Shown here: piece after piece, positions 25,026 through 36,835 of the stretch
Numbering within the stretch: the stretch's first letter is position 1
Layout: each line of letters opens with the position of its first letter
From: Octopus bimaculoides
Lineage: Eukaryota
Assembly (NCBI RefSeq): GCF_001194135.2
Contig: NC_068985.1
Span: forward strand, 44,207,697-44,271,696
Length of the DNA: 64,000 bases
Reading direction: 5' to 3'
Notes under the pieces: model-generated
Database searches by the model: none
Told to the model about the DNA's origin: nothing
What the model saw: the letters and a program-made list of their open reading frames with translations, nothing else
Translations under genes and position numbers: made by a program

Positions 25026-25187
25026 GCACAGGTGTGGCTGTGTGGTAAGGAGCTTGCTTTACAACTGCATGGTTCTGGGTTCAGTCCCTCTGCACGGCAC
25101 CTTGGGCAAGTGTCTTCTACTGTAGCCTTTGCCAGACCAAAGCTTTGTGAGTGGATCTACTAGACAGAAACTTAAAGNNNNNNNNNN

Positions 25188-25254
<67 letters not shown>

Positions 25255-25468
25255 TGTGTGTGTTTGTCACCCTTCACCACTTGACAACTGGTGTTGGTGT
25301 ATCTACATCTCAGTGACTTAACAGTTTGGCAAAATAGAGCGATAAAATAAGTACCAAACCTAACAAAAAAGAAAAAAAGCACTGGGCTATTGATTCACTT
25401 GACTACAGATTCAAGGTTGTGCCCCAGCATGGCTGCAATCTCATGAGTGAAACAAGTAAAAGTTAAAA
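25026..25468 (+). mobile_element. OK-type SINE
   Basis: Head ggcacaggtgtggctgtgtggtaaggagcttgc, central (GT)n, tail gcatggctgcaatc...gaaacaagtaaaag. Confidence 0.8.
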
Positions 25469-26537
25469 GGTACCTAAGAGCAATATTTGCCAAACTTCAA
25501 CTCAGTGCCTTGCAGCCTTTAGTTCAAGTCCTGCAAGAATACATTTTGCTTTAATTTATAAAATAATTTTACTTCATAAATTGTAAAATATGTTTACTTT
25601 AATGAAATAACAAGCAGTATCATACTAAGGATCACAGTTAAATCCTGTAAGAATCTTTAAGAATCTGTTTCACTAAAATTAATTAGAAATAAGAAACTGT
25701 AATATACCATGCTGCATTTCATATCTTTCTCCTTGAGGGTTTTGCTCAAGCAACCCATCACTACCGTCTTATTTTTCTCCCAGATACTCTCACCCTCTTT
25801 TATATCAAGCAGGATAGCCATGCATCATCCATAACAAGACAACTCTGCTTGTCCCTGGCATAAAGCTACCCTCTCCACTTTCAAATTCTCCCACTTAGTT
25901 GAGGTGACTTTTATCCTTCTCTTGTTTTTTTCCTATCTTGCAAGTTATGCGACAACCTCAATAGTGCTGGAAGCATGAAAAAAGCACCCAGTATTCTTTG
26001 TAAAGTGGTTGGCATTAGAATGGACATCCAGCTGTGTCAATGCTGACATGGAGCACAATGCAGCTTTGCAGCTCGCCAAATCCAATGAAACCATCCAATC
26101 CATGCCAAAGCTGATATGGAGCATGATGCAGCTCACCAGATTCAATCAAACCATCTAATCAATGCCAACACAGAAAACGGACATTAAATAATGATGATTT
26201 ATTTCCTGACTTAATTCTTTTCTGTGCATGAATAAACCATTGAAGTTATTATATAATGTGGTGAGCTGGCAACACCATTTGCATGCCAGACAAAATGGTG
26301 CTAAGCATTTTGTCTGTTCTGAATTCAATTGCAGTCAAGGTCGACTTAATCTTTTTAGTTTTTCAGAGTCAATAAAGGGTTCTTAGACACACAAGGTTGT
26401 TAACACAGAGTTTCATTCACAAAATTTTACTCACAAGGCATTCACAGCCAGATGTAATAGTAGAAGATACTCGTCCAAGGTGCAATGAAGTGAGACGAAG
26501 CCTGTAGCTATACAGTTGTGAAGTTGTGAAGTGTGTG

Positions 26538-26673
26538 TAATTCAGATATTGAGAAGTTCAACATATTGCAGTGACTGTCAATTTCATCATTAGATTCATC
26601 AGACTGTTGTCTGATAATTTCGAATATGAAACTGAGAGTCACTAGGGTCTATTCAAGTTCCAATACTGAATTA
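26538..26673. repeat. 136-bp imperfect palindrome made of two back-to-back hammerhead motifs
   Basis: Arms align along their length (taattcag...atcagac / gtctgat...ctgaatta) around the loop tgtt (26605-26608). Confidence 0.8.
26569..26606 (-). ncRNA. Minimal type I hammerhead ribozyme with intact core
   Basis: Minus strand reads CAGT-CTGATGA-ATC-taat-GAT-GAA-ATT-gac-AGT-C-ACTG. Helix I is 4 bp, helix II is 3 bp with a tetraloop, helix III is 3 bp (one G.U). GUC triplet; predicted cut between 26573 and 26572. Confidence 0.7.
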
Positions 26674-26775
26674 AGTTTTACTGCATCTATATTTTGAGTT
26701 CTCTCACTTTTAGCAGCCTGCAGACACAGAACACAAGCATAATTCATATACATATATTTGTATGTATATATAAGT

Positions 26776-27092
26776 ACTGTTCTATATTTTAAGATGAGGA
26801 ATTCTGTACATTATTTACATTGGACGGATAGGTGTCCTCATCTTGTTTGGTGTTACCACAATGTTTCGGCTAATTTACTCTCCAGCCTTCATCAGGTGTC
26901 CTGGTAGAATTTTCAACTCAACCCTGGGTTCTCATTCCTATGCTATATTTTGCTGATATTATTATTATTATTATTTATTCAAGGCACTGCCTGGAATTGA
27001 ACTATATGCCCGTGGGCATATAGTGTAATGGTTAAGAGTGCGGGCTACTAACCACAAAATCGTGAGTTCAATTCCAGGCAGTGCCTTGAATA

Positions 27093-27127
<35 letters not shown>

Positions 27128-27296
27128 TAATAATAACATCAGCAAAAAATACCTTAGGAACGAGAACCCAGGGTTGTGTTCAAAATTCTACCAGGACATC
27201 TGATGAAGGCTGGAGAGTAAATCAGTCAAAATGTTGTGGTAGCAACAAACAAGATGAGGTCACATATCCGTCCAATGTAAATAATGTAAATAATGT
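26776..27296. mobile_element. Palindromic tRNA-head/(AAT)n/hammerhead element, copy A2
   Basis: Axis at actatatgccc-gt-gggcatatagt (27001-27024). The right arm has a complete tRNA-like head (27014-27085: A box tagtgtaatgg, B box gttcaattc), (AAT)n and an HHR at 27195-27240. The left arm is the inverted copy with a deletion in the head. Confidence 0.85.
26855..26900 (-). ncRNA. Minimal type I hammerhead motif (core intact, helix III ACAT)
   Basis: GACAC-CTGATGA-A-GGCTG-gagagtaaat-TAGCC-GAA-ACAT-T-GTGGT. The ACGT palindrome has decayed to ACAT. Confidence 0.7.
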
Positions 27297-27373
27297 AAAG
27301 TACTTTCATGTTTTCTTCAATATTCATGTTTTAGCAATATTAACCAACATTTGTGCTCCACAATTGATAACCT

Positions 27374-27416
<43 letters not shown>

Positions 27417-28934
27417 ATGTTCCACTGTTATATAAGTATTGTCATTGGTTTCCAACTTATTGTGCAAACATGTTAGGTCATGGAGGAATATTCCCTTGCT
27501 TAGAAACAGGAAGGGCACCTGGCCATAGAAAATCTCTCTCAATGAATTCCATCTGAGCCATGCAAGCATGGAAAAATGGGCATTAAAACTATGATTTTAT
27601 ATACATATATATCGTCATCGTCATTGTTTAATATCTCTTTTCTATGTTGGAATATGTTGGAATGGGTTGGACAGTTTGGCAGGAGCTGGCTAGCTGGACA
27701 GTTGTACAGACTCCAATCATCTGTTTTGGCATGATTTCTTTGGTTGGATGCCCTTCCAAACATCAACCACTTTACAGAGTGTGCTGGATGCTTTTTACAT
27801 GCTACCAGCATAAGTGTAGTTTACATGGCACCAACATGAGTACATTTTATGTGGCACCTGCAACAACACACANNNNNNNNNNNNNNNNNNNNNNNNNNNN
27901 NNNNNNNNNNNNNNNNNNNNNNNNNNNNNNNNNNNNNNNNNNTATATATATATATATATATATAAATATATATATAAATATATATATAAAGGATATAAAG
28001 CATAAAATCTTTACCTAATCTTATATAACATAAACAAGTTTATTTCCTTCTACTAACAAAGAAAGAGAAAAATGCTTCCTTCCTAAAAGGGAAAATCAAT
28101 ATATATCGATCTGGTAATTATGGCTTGAAGCAAGAAGATTTGTATCCATCTAACTGTCACTCCTTGATAGGATGTCCAGTGTGAAACCACAGAGACACAA
28201 GAAAAAAAAAAAAAACAACAGAAAGAAAAGCGTCAACCAAAAGTACCAATGATAAACTAGGCTTAATATATTTAATATAAACAGTTTATAGAAAATTGAA
28301 AACCTCAGAAAAATTCCTCGCTCTTTATAACAAACAACTGTATTTTTTTTGTCTTGCAACCATATTCATTTATTTATTTTATTATGTTTTCGAAATTTCA
28401 ATTCTTCTTTCTATGTTGTTTCTGTTTCTAGTTTTTATCTGTCACTTTCTCTCACCAGCCCCTCTCAGAACGACCTACCATAGATTTATGACTTTGCTTT
28501 AGTGTATATGGCAGTGCTCAACTTTACCTTTACATTTAGTTCTTGTTCAATTTCTTTATTGCTTTTGCCCCCTACCCATCTGTTCTCACAGCCTCCCACT
28601 CAACAAAATGTTTCAAGAAAGCATAAAAATAAAAAAAGAATTATAACTAGAAACAACAACATGAGTTAAAAAAAGTCTCTGTGAGAATAGAGTTTATGGC
28701 GATACATTTAGAAGGCAAAAAAGAAAAAAAATATTACACCTGACCTCAAGAATCTTATCTGTCAAACAAGGAAGAATTATGCCAGTTAGGGAATATAAAA
28801 TAAACGTATTCTTGATATTGAAAATTTCTCTGGCAGAGCTGAACAACAACAATAAAAAAAGATACACAGTAAAAATATCAGATCAATGCTTAACTGATAC
28901 TTTTAAGTGTGTGTATGTGTGTGTGTGTGTAATG

Positions 28935-29245
28935 GCATAGGTGTGGCTGTATGGGTAAGTGTCTTCTACTATATAGCGTCTAGCTGGCCAAAACCTTCAG
29001 AGGGGAACTGGTGGATGAAAACTGAAAGTGTTTTGTGTCTGTCTTTGTTCTCCACTACCGCTTGACAACTGGTGTTGGTGTATTTATGGCTCTGTAACTA
29101 AGAGATTTGGCAAAAGGGACTGATAGAATAAGTACCAGGCTTAAAAAAAAAAAGGTGTCAGGCTCAATTTGTATGACTAAAAAAATCCTTCAAGGTGGAA
29201 CTCCAGCATGGCTGCAGTCTAATGACTGAAACAAGTAAAAGGATA
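28935..29245 (+). mobile_element. OK-type SINE with internal deletion
   Basis: Head ggcataggtgtggctg; tail ...ctccagcatggctgcagtctaatgactgaaacaagtaaaag. Confidence 0.75.
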
Positions 29246-29249
29246 TATG

Positions 29250-29284
<35 letters not shown>

Positions 29285-30250
29285 TGTATGTATTAGGAAG
29301 TATAGACACAATAATGAGTGTGTGATAATGAAGCTCTCTTCATAACCATGCAGGTCTTGGTTTGATTTCTCTGTGCAACACCTTGGACAAGGGGTTTGTA
29401 GCAGAACTTCAAGTTGGCTAAAGATTTGTAAATGAAATTTGGTGTGGTAAACATAAAATGTCTGAAAACCAGTTAACACAAGTGAGATTATGAAGCAAAA
29501 AGGAGACAAACAAACAGATAATATATGGAGCCAAACAGGCTAAAGCACATGCCTGAAAAACGTGTAGAAATTTAAAGTTGAGAAACAACAATCAAAGAAG
29601 TGTACAAAAAAATGTTAATTATGACAAAGGAAGAAACAACAGAAAATCTATTCTGGGACTTGGTGAGTGTTAGATAAGGCTTTTCATAATGAAATAATTC
29701 TTTTGGTTAACCCCAAAATCTATTCTATTAAGAGATGTTATGGAAGACACAGACACACTTTTAAAGATTAATTTCAGATACCTGAAAACAAAATTTTTCC
29801 CAAAGTTGGTTAACAGTAAGATGTAAAGAAATATGAAATGCAACTTTACCACAGGCGATAGGAAATGTGTCACTTACCTACAATAGAAGAAAAGAAAAAC
29901 TGTAATTAATAATTTGTTCAAAATAGATTATTCACTGTAAATCAAGTAAAAGAATATTAACATATTTGTAAAACTGAGTATTAAACATGTCAATTAAAAA
30001 TAATTATGTGCTGAGGAAAAGACTACATCAGCTCAATAACTAATAATATTTTAAACATTCTAGCAAGAATGGGAGACAACACAAGAGATAAAGATTGTTT
30101 GCCAACATAACATTGCAGTCCTGGTTTAGGATGAATGTTGCTGAAATTTAGCACCAAGAAACATTGTCTCCAGCTGGCTATACGACACGATCTGTGTCCT
30201 TATATTTTTTAACAAGGGAACCTAGCACCCCCACTCAGCTCAAAACAATA

Positions 30251-30295
30251 TCTGTGTATTGTGATTTCCAGGTTATTTCCCTTCATCAGCACAGA
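30251..30295 (-). ncRNA. Solitary minimal type I hammerhead-like motif
   Basis: TCTGTG-CTGATGA-AGG-gaaataa-CCT-g-GAA-AT-caca-AT-A-CACAGA. Helix I is a perfect 6 bp, helix II 3 bp plus an extra G, helix III 2 bp, AUA triplet. Confidence 0.55.
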
Positions 30296-31479
30296 ATAAC
30301 TGTTCGGCTAGAGGTAGCGCTGCCAAATTCCCATTTGAAATATATAGTTTGCAAAGTGACAACTAGTCACTGATCTATAAATTAGAAAATTAACTATTTT
30401 AAAAACTCATAATGAGAGATATTCAGCAACAGTACTTTGGAGTAAAGATTGCTACGGAAACCCTTACATGGTCACTTGAAATTTTAGACATAATAGTCAA
30501 ATGTCCCTCATATCACATACACTGCTGTATTAAAATAACAACAACAGTGGGCTTTGTTGTTCCTAACATAAAAAAACACTGTGATTGCCATGGTTGGAGT
30601 GCCTTTGATCATAGGTCTACTCAATCAAGGCTGATTTAAGGCTAAACAACAATAAAAGAGATAAATTTATCAATCAATATAAATATCCTACAGCTCTCAT
30701 ATACACATGTACTGCTCTCCTACCTATTCACTCTGCAGCCCCCAGTTTAAGATCAAAAATGAAAAGCAACTGAAATTATATGAATAACAGATGTTAACAT
30801 TAAATGTATGTATGGCTCAGACCAAAAATACTTAAAAATTTACCAAAGCATGTAAACTCACAGTGCCTGTATATATTTAAAGAGAAATATGTATTTATAC
30901 ATGTAAAAGAATGAGAGAGAGAGAGAGAGAGAGAGAGNNNNNNNNNNNNNNNNNNNNNNNNNNNNNNNNNNNNNNNNNNNNNNNNNNNNNNNNNNNNNNN
31001 NNNNNNNNNNNNNNNNNNNNNNNNNNNNNNNNNNNNNNNNNNNNNNNNNNATATATATTTATATATATATATGTGTGTGCATATACATATGGGGAGAGAG
31101 AGGCAGAAAGAAATATATGTGTGTCTAAATGAATTTGAAAGAGCATGAGTGTGTGTATATGTGCAGTGGGGAGAGAGGAGGTGCATGCATGTGTTTACAT
31201 ATAATGTGAGTGATGTTTGAATCTATGTACACGTATGTCTGCCTGTGCCTTTTGTATTCCATATTCCCAGATTACACTTTGAAGAAGAAGAGAAATTGCT
31301 TTGACAATGTCTTGCAAGTTAATATATACATTTCTTGCATTAGAGAACAACACCGAAAGAGTTGTGCAGCTGCTGCAGAGCAATAATACCTAGAATAAAA
31401 ACAACAACAAGAAGAGCAATATCTAAAGTAGTGACAATAGGAACATAACAACTAAAATACAGTTATGCAAATGACAGCC

Positions 31480-31892
31480 GACATCCTTCCACCTCTCCCA
31501 CCCTGGCCTCCATCACAACCACTGCCAACTTCAAAACCACCATGACCTCCACAACCATCACGACCACCATCACTGCCACCACTGAAACTACTACCGAAAC
31601 TCCTATCACAGCGCCACTAAAACCACCATCACCACCACCACCACCAAAACCATCATCACCATCACCACTATCACCCAAACCACCACCGCCATTGTTGCTG
31701 TTGTGACCATCACTTACACACCATTATCATCACCGAAACCACATGCAAAACCACTGTTGCTGCCACCACTACCACCATCAAAGCCCCGTTTGCTGCCACC
31801 ACCAAAACTCCCATTGCCACCACCATCCAAACCACCATCGCTGCCACCACCAAAACCACCATCATCACTATCACCAAAACCACCACCACCAC
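31480..31892. repeat. Degenerate (CAC/CAT)-rich low-complexity tract
   Basis: Trinucleotide-based C/A-rich sequence; its Pro/Thr/Val-rich ORFs are artefacts. Confidence 0.85.
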
Positions 31893-32341
31893 CCCAGATA
31901 AATGTATTTTATGATCTATAACATTAATTGATTAGAATGTCAGCCCTTTCTGTTGAAATGAGGAAGATATTCAATATGGCCCATGTGTGTGAGTGCATGT
32001 GTATTTCTGTCTTTCGCCTACCTAATCCCTAACAACTACAACCATATGTTTAATGTATCTTATTGATGGGCCGGTCCATTGTTTCCAGTTAAACAGTCTT
32101 AAGATGCTTGGTGTATCTGAAATATTATCCCCTGCCTGTCCGGCTTTCTCTCTCTCTTTCTTGTACTTTATGTGTTGAATATTGAACAGTTTGTATACTT
32201 TCTCCAAGACATTAATATATGAAGAGAAGGCAAAAGTAAGGCAGTGATTACTGTAGCTAGTGTTTCTGAGAAATAAATACAACCCGTCCATGAGCATCAT
32301 CACTAAATAAAAGGCTTTAACTACCAACAGCTGGATGGTTG

Positions 32342-32550
32342 TCATCATCATCATCATCATCATCGTTTAACGTCCGCTTTCCATGCTAGCATGGGCTGGA
32401 CGATTTGACTGAGGACTGGCGAACCAGATGGCTACACCAGGCTCCAATCTGATTTGGCAGAGTTTCTACAGCTGGATGCCCTTCCTAACGCTAACCACTC
32501 CGAGAGTGTAGTGGGTGCTTTTACGTGCCACCAGCACGAAAGCCAGTCAG
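32342..32550 (-). mobile_element. RTE LINE 3' end, young copy
   Basis: Near-identical to 18440-18722 in reverse orientation. Confidence 0.85.
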
Positions 32551-34680
32551 GTTGTGTGCTAAAAAATTAATATATTAGAGAGACAATAAATTAGATAGGT
32601 ATATCATCATCAATGTCATTGCTTTAGTGTCCACCTTTCCGTGCTGACATGGGTTAGATGGAATTTCTTGAAGCAGATTTTCTATGGCCAGATGCCCTGC
32701 TTTCTGTCAAACCTCACCTGTTTCCAAATAGAGTAGTATTTCCCCATGACTAGACATGTTTTTTACTGAAGACTGGAAACAAAGAACACTGCTTGCATGA
32801 CAGTGACCTTCGTATACTGCTATCACTTGATGTCAAAACAAGGAGACAGAAACACACACATGCATGTATGCACGTGCATGAACATACACACACACACACA
32901 CACACACATACATATGACAGGTTTCTTTTAAGTTTCCATCTACCAAATTCATTCACAAGGCTTTATCCTGGGGACACAGTACAAGATACTCATTCAAAGT
33001 GTCCCACAAGTTAAAGTGAACTTGAAACCATGTGTTTGGGAAGCAAGCTTCTACCACACAGCAACACCTTTTTAGTATATTCAATGAATAGATATAACCA
33101 TAAAGATATACAGACATTTGTGCATGTGTTTGGTTACATTTAGTTGAGATGTGTCATTTGCAAGGTTTCCTTAACATTCTGGCAGACACACACATGAATA
33201 TGGACTTATATTTGTATACAACAAGCTTCCACACAGTTTCTATCTACCACGTTCACTCACTCACAAGGTATAGTAGAAGACATTTGCCCAAAGTGCTATA
33301 CAGTGGGACTGAACCCAAAACCATGTAGTTGCAAAGCAAACTCTTTAACCATACAGCCATGCCTTCACTACCTACTTACTTCAGTTTGAACAATTTTCAT
33401 GATGTTTCATATATAGTCACTTCTATTAAATTCATTCAGTTGTTAAACATAAACAAATCTTGGAATTAAATGGTTTTGATTTACTGTCAGGTGACTTTTG
33501 GCCAACCCTATATAAAAATCCAATATTGGTAGAATCAACGAAAAAAGTACTCCATCTAGTGGGAGATAAATATTGGTTTAATACACAAATTATAGAAGAG
33601 CTACTAATAGTTTCAGGCTTTTACGATACTTGAAATAGGTAAATTTATAACATGAACTACACCATGTATCTTCAAATAATCTGCCAGGCTCTCTTTATGC
33701 ATTACATATATCTTAAAAATGTTTTCTCATTTTCTCACAGTTCAGCATCCCAGTTTTTAAAATACATATAATACATAAATATACATATAGCATATAAACA
33801 TATATATAAAACACATAAATGGGTAGTAAAATACCCAAGTAAATTCTAACATAGCCCAGTTACTGCAATCAATGAGCAACTATTATTTTAATTATTTTGT
33901 CATTCCCTTAAGACAGCAACTAAAACAAGGCTTGGAGACATTTCCAATATGGAAGAAGTCATTTCCGCTAATAAAACATGGAACAAAAGAAGAAATCACT
34001 GGCAAAATAAAAGTATAAAAATAAAAATAAAATGAAAATAAATAGCTGAAAATAATGTATTTTCTAATTAATTAGATCTCATTAACAATTTAAATAGAAA
34101 GCAAATTTATTTGTTCATTCAAAAAAAAAAAAAAAAAGCAAAACAAAAAAAGTCTGGTTAAAATGGTTTATTAGTCTGATTAATACTAGAAAGAAGGTTA
34201 ATTTTTTTTGGTAGTGTTCAAGAGATACTAAGCAGATCTTATGATACTATTACTACTACCAGCACATGCACCATCACCACCTCTACTGAGTGAATGAATG
34301 GTTTAAGGTCATCAATTAGTGTCTTCCCCACTCTACATGCACTATTAAGCTTCTTGGCAACTCATTACACACCTGTATTTATGAACTGACAGAGAAGCAT
34401 TGACATGCAAGAAATAATGGTGAAGAAATGAAATCTCCCTCAACTACCTAAAATACAAAAAAGAACAAAACAAAAAAAAACAAAAACAAAACAAAACAAA
34501 AAAGAACATTGGATATATAAAGTACTCTACTCTTTTTACTCTTTTACATGTTTCAGTCATTTGACTGTAACCATGCTGGAGCACCGCCTTTAGTCGAGAA
34601 AATTAACCCCAGGACTTATTCTTTGTAAGCCTGGTACTTATTCTATCAGACTCTTTTGCTGAACCGCTAAGTTATGGGGA

Positions 34681-35479
34681 GATGACTGCGCTGGTATGGT
34701 CATGTGGCGAGAATGGATGAGGATAGCTGTGTGAAAAAGTGCTACACCCTAGTGGTTGAGGGAACCTGTGGAAGAGGTAGACCCAGGAAGACCTGGGATG
34801 AGGTGGTGAAGCACAACCTTCGAACATTAGGCCTCACCGAGGCAATGACTAGTGACCGAGACCTTTGGAAATTTGCAGTGCGTGAGAAGACCTGGCAAGC
34901 CAAGTGAGACCATAATCCGTGGCCTTTGCCAGGGGTGTAGCCAGCCCACTTATTCGTACCTTTACTTTACTGGACACTAAACTCTGTTTGCGAAAACCTG
35001 TTGTGGCAAGTGAAATTGAAATCAAATTCGATGACTGGCATCCATGCTAGTGGAGCGCTAAGAGACCATCCGAGCATGATTATTGCCAGAGCAGCTGACT
35101 GGCTTCCATGCCGGTGGCATGTGAAAAGCACCATTCGAGCATGATCGTTACCAGCGTTGCCTTACTGGCACTTGTGCCAGTGGCACATGATCAAAACATT
35201 TGAGCGAGGTCGTTGCCAGTGCTGCTGGACTGGCCCCTGTGCAGGTGGCACATAAAAAACACCATTTGAGTGTGGCCATTGCCAGTACTGTCTGACTGGC
35301 CCTCATGCACCCACTACTCTCGGATTGGTTGGTGTTAGGAAGGGCATCCAGCTGTAGAAACTCTGTCAGATCAGACTGGAGCCTGGTGCAGCCATCTGGT
35401 TTGCCAGTCCTCAGTCAAATCATCTAACCCATGCCAGCATGGAAAGCAGACATTAAATGATGATGATGATGATGGTGAT
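34681..35479 (+). mobile_element. 5'-truncated RTE LINE: RT-ORF C-terminus + 3' UTR + (GAT)n
   Basis: 34686-34907 encodes LRWYGHVARMDEDSCVKKCYTLVVEGTCGRGRPRKTWDEVVKHNLRTLGLTEAMTSDRDLWKFAV* (RTE WYGHV..GRPRKTW motif). It is followed by the 3' UTR shared with the many short tails in this window. Confidence 0.92.
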
Positions 35480-36194
35480 GAATGTACACAAAGAAACAAA
35501 TGAATGGTTTAGCCATGCAAAGTAGTGAATGGATCATCATCATGACGATGACGACAATGATGATGAAGATTAAGGAATATTCTGGGTGAATAGATGACAA
35601 GAGTTCTGAGTAGAAGATATTTTTAGCACTCAACTTGAACAAAATCCTTAGAAATTAGCTGCTTAAAATGTAAATATCCATTGGCGAAGTTAAAGAAATA
35701 GCTCAGCTGTTGTTACTATCATACAAAACAGATACACATACACATATCTGTGTAACAAATACAAGTTACACACACACACATTCATATAACACATGCACAT
35801 GCATTCATACATTAATACATGCACACACAGACACATCACCCTATCTGAATTTGCCATTGTTTTTTGCTTCTTCTTTTTTTTTCACCCCCACCATCTTACC
35901 AGAATAACAATCTAGAATAACATTTATGTTAGGAATTAATACCTGTCTTTGCTGTGTCTCACTTAACCGAATGACCCCGACCATGATGAAGTACAAAATA
36001 AGTCCCATGGACTTAAAGGGTTAATACTTTAATCTTCAGCACTTATTTCACACTTTTACTTTTCCACAGATATCCCAGAGCAATGGCATATAAAGGATAT
36101 TATCTAAGTTTATGTAAGAAGCTTACACTTCCCCCCCCACCCCCAACACTACAACTAATTAGTGCTTCCCGGTAATCAACTGGGATTGCCTTAC

Positions 36195-36307
36195 TGAACG
36201 TGCTTTGCCCAGTTAACTTGGAAGGGGTCAATATTAGTGACATCAATCTGACAGGGCTCTGATGTCCAGTGAAAGCCATGTATACTATCTCTTCCTTTCT
36301 CATCAAT
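36195..36307 (-). CDS. Weak candidate internal exon (unidentified)
   Basis: First AG after an ~85-nt AG-free, pyrimidine-rich stretch; donor CA|GTAAGG. Frame 0 gives IDEKGRDSIHGFHWTSEPCQIDVTNIDPFQVNWAKHV. A second frame is also open and no homologue is recognised. Confidence 0.22.
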
Positions 36308-36607
36308 CTGGTCAGATCCACGTAACAGATATTATAGAAGAGATAAGGAAGAATTTGTGGATTATAAGAGACATGTTCAAACCACACCCATGACACTAGT
36401 AGGGGGTGGGAGACAGATATAAAGCTATTGTTGTTGATGATGATGATTGTGGTGGTAATGTTGATGATAATGCCAATGATTGGGGTTGTGATTGTGGTGG
36501 TGATAGTAGTGATGATGATGAGGAGGATGATGATGATGGTGGTGGTGGTGATGGCAGAAATGATGGTGATGCTTGTAGTGATAATGCAGTAATGATAGTT
36601 GTGATGA

Positions 36608-36640
<33 letters not shown>

Positions 36641-36740
36641 GAATAGTAATGCTGATGAAGGTGGTAGAAATAATGATAACACCATCACCACCATCACGAT
36701 GGTGATAGTGGAGATGGTGTTGACAGGGGTGGGAGACAGA

Positions 36741-36835
36741 GAGAGAAGATAAAGTGAGAAGGAGAGAGAGAGAGAAGATAAAGTGAGAAGGAGAGAGAGA
36801 GAGAAGATAAAGTGAGAAGGAGAGAGAGAGAGAGA
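36741..36835. repeat. 29-bp purine-rich tandem repeat x3
   Basis: aagataaagtgagaagg starts at 36746, 36775 and 36804. Confidence 0.9.

Noticed and set aside
27014-27085. Functional tRNA gene
   Set aside because: The T-stem does not pair and the sequence is embedded in a repeated element; the other tRNA-like heads in the window are likewise SINE heads.
33596-33625. GAA-ACTATTAGT-A near-palindrome on the minus strand
   Set aside because: No upstream CTGAnGA.
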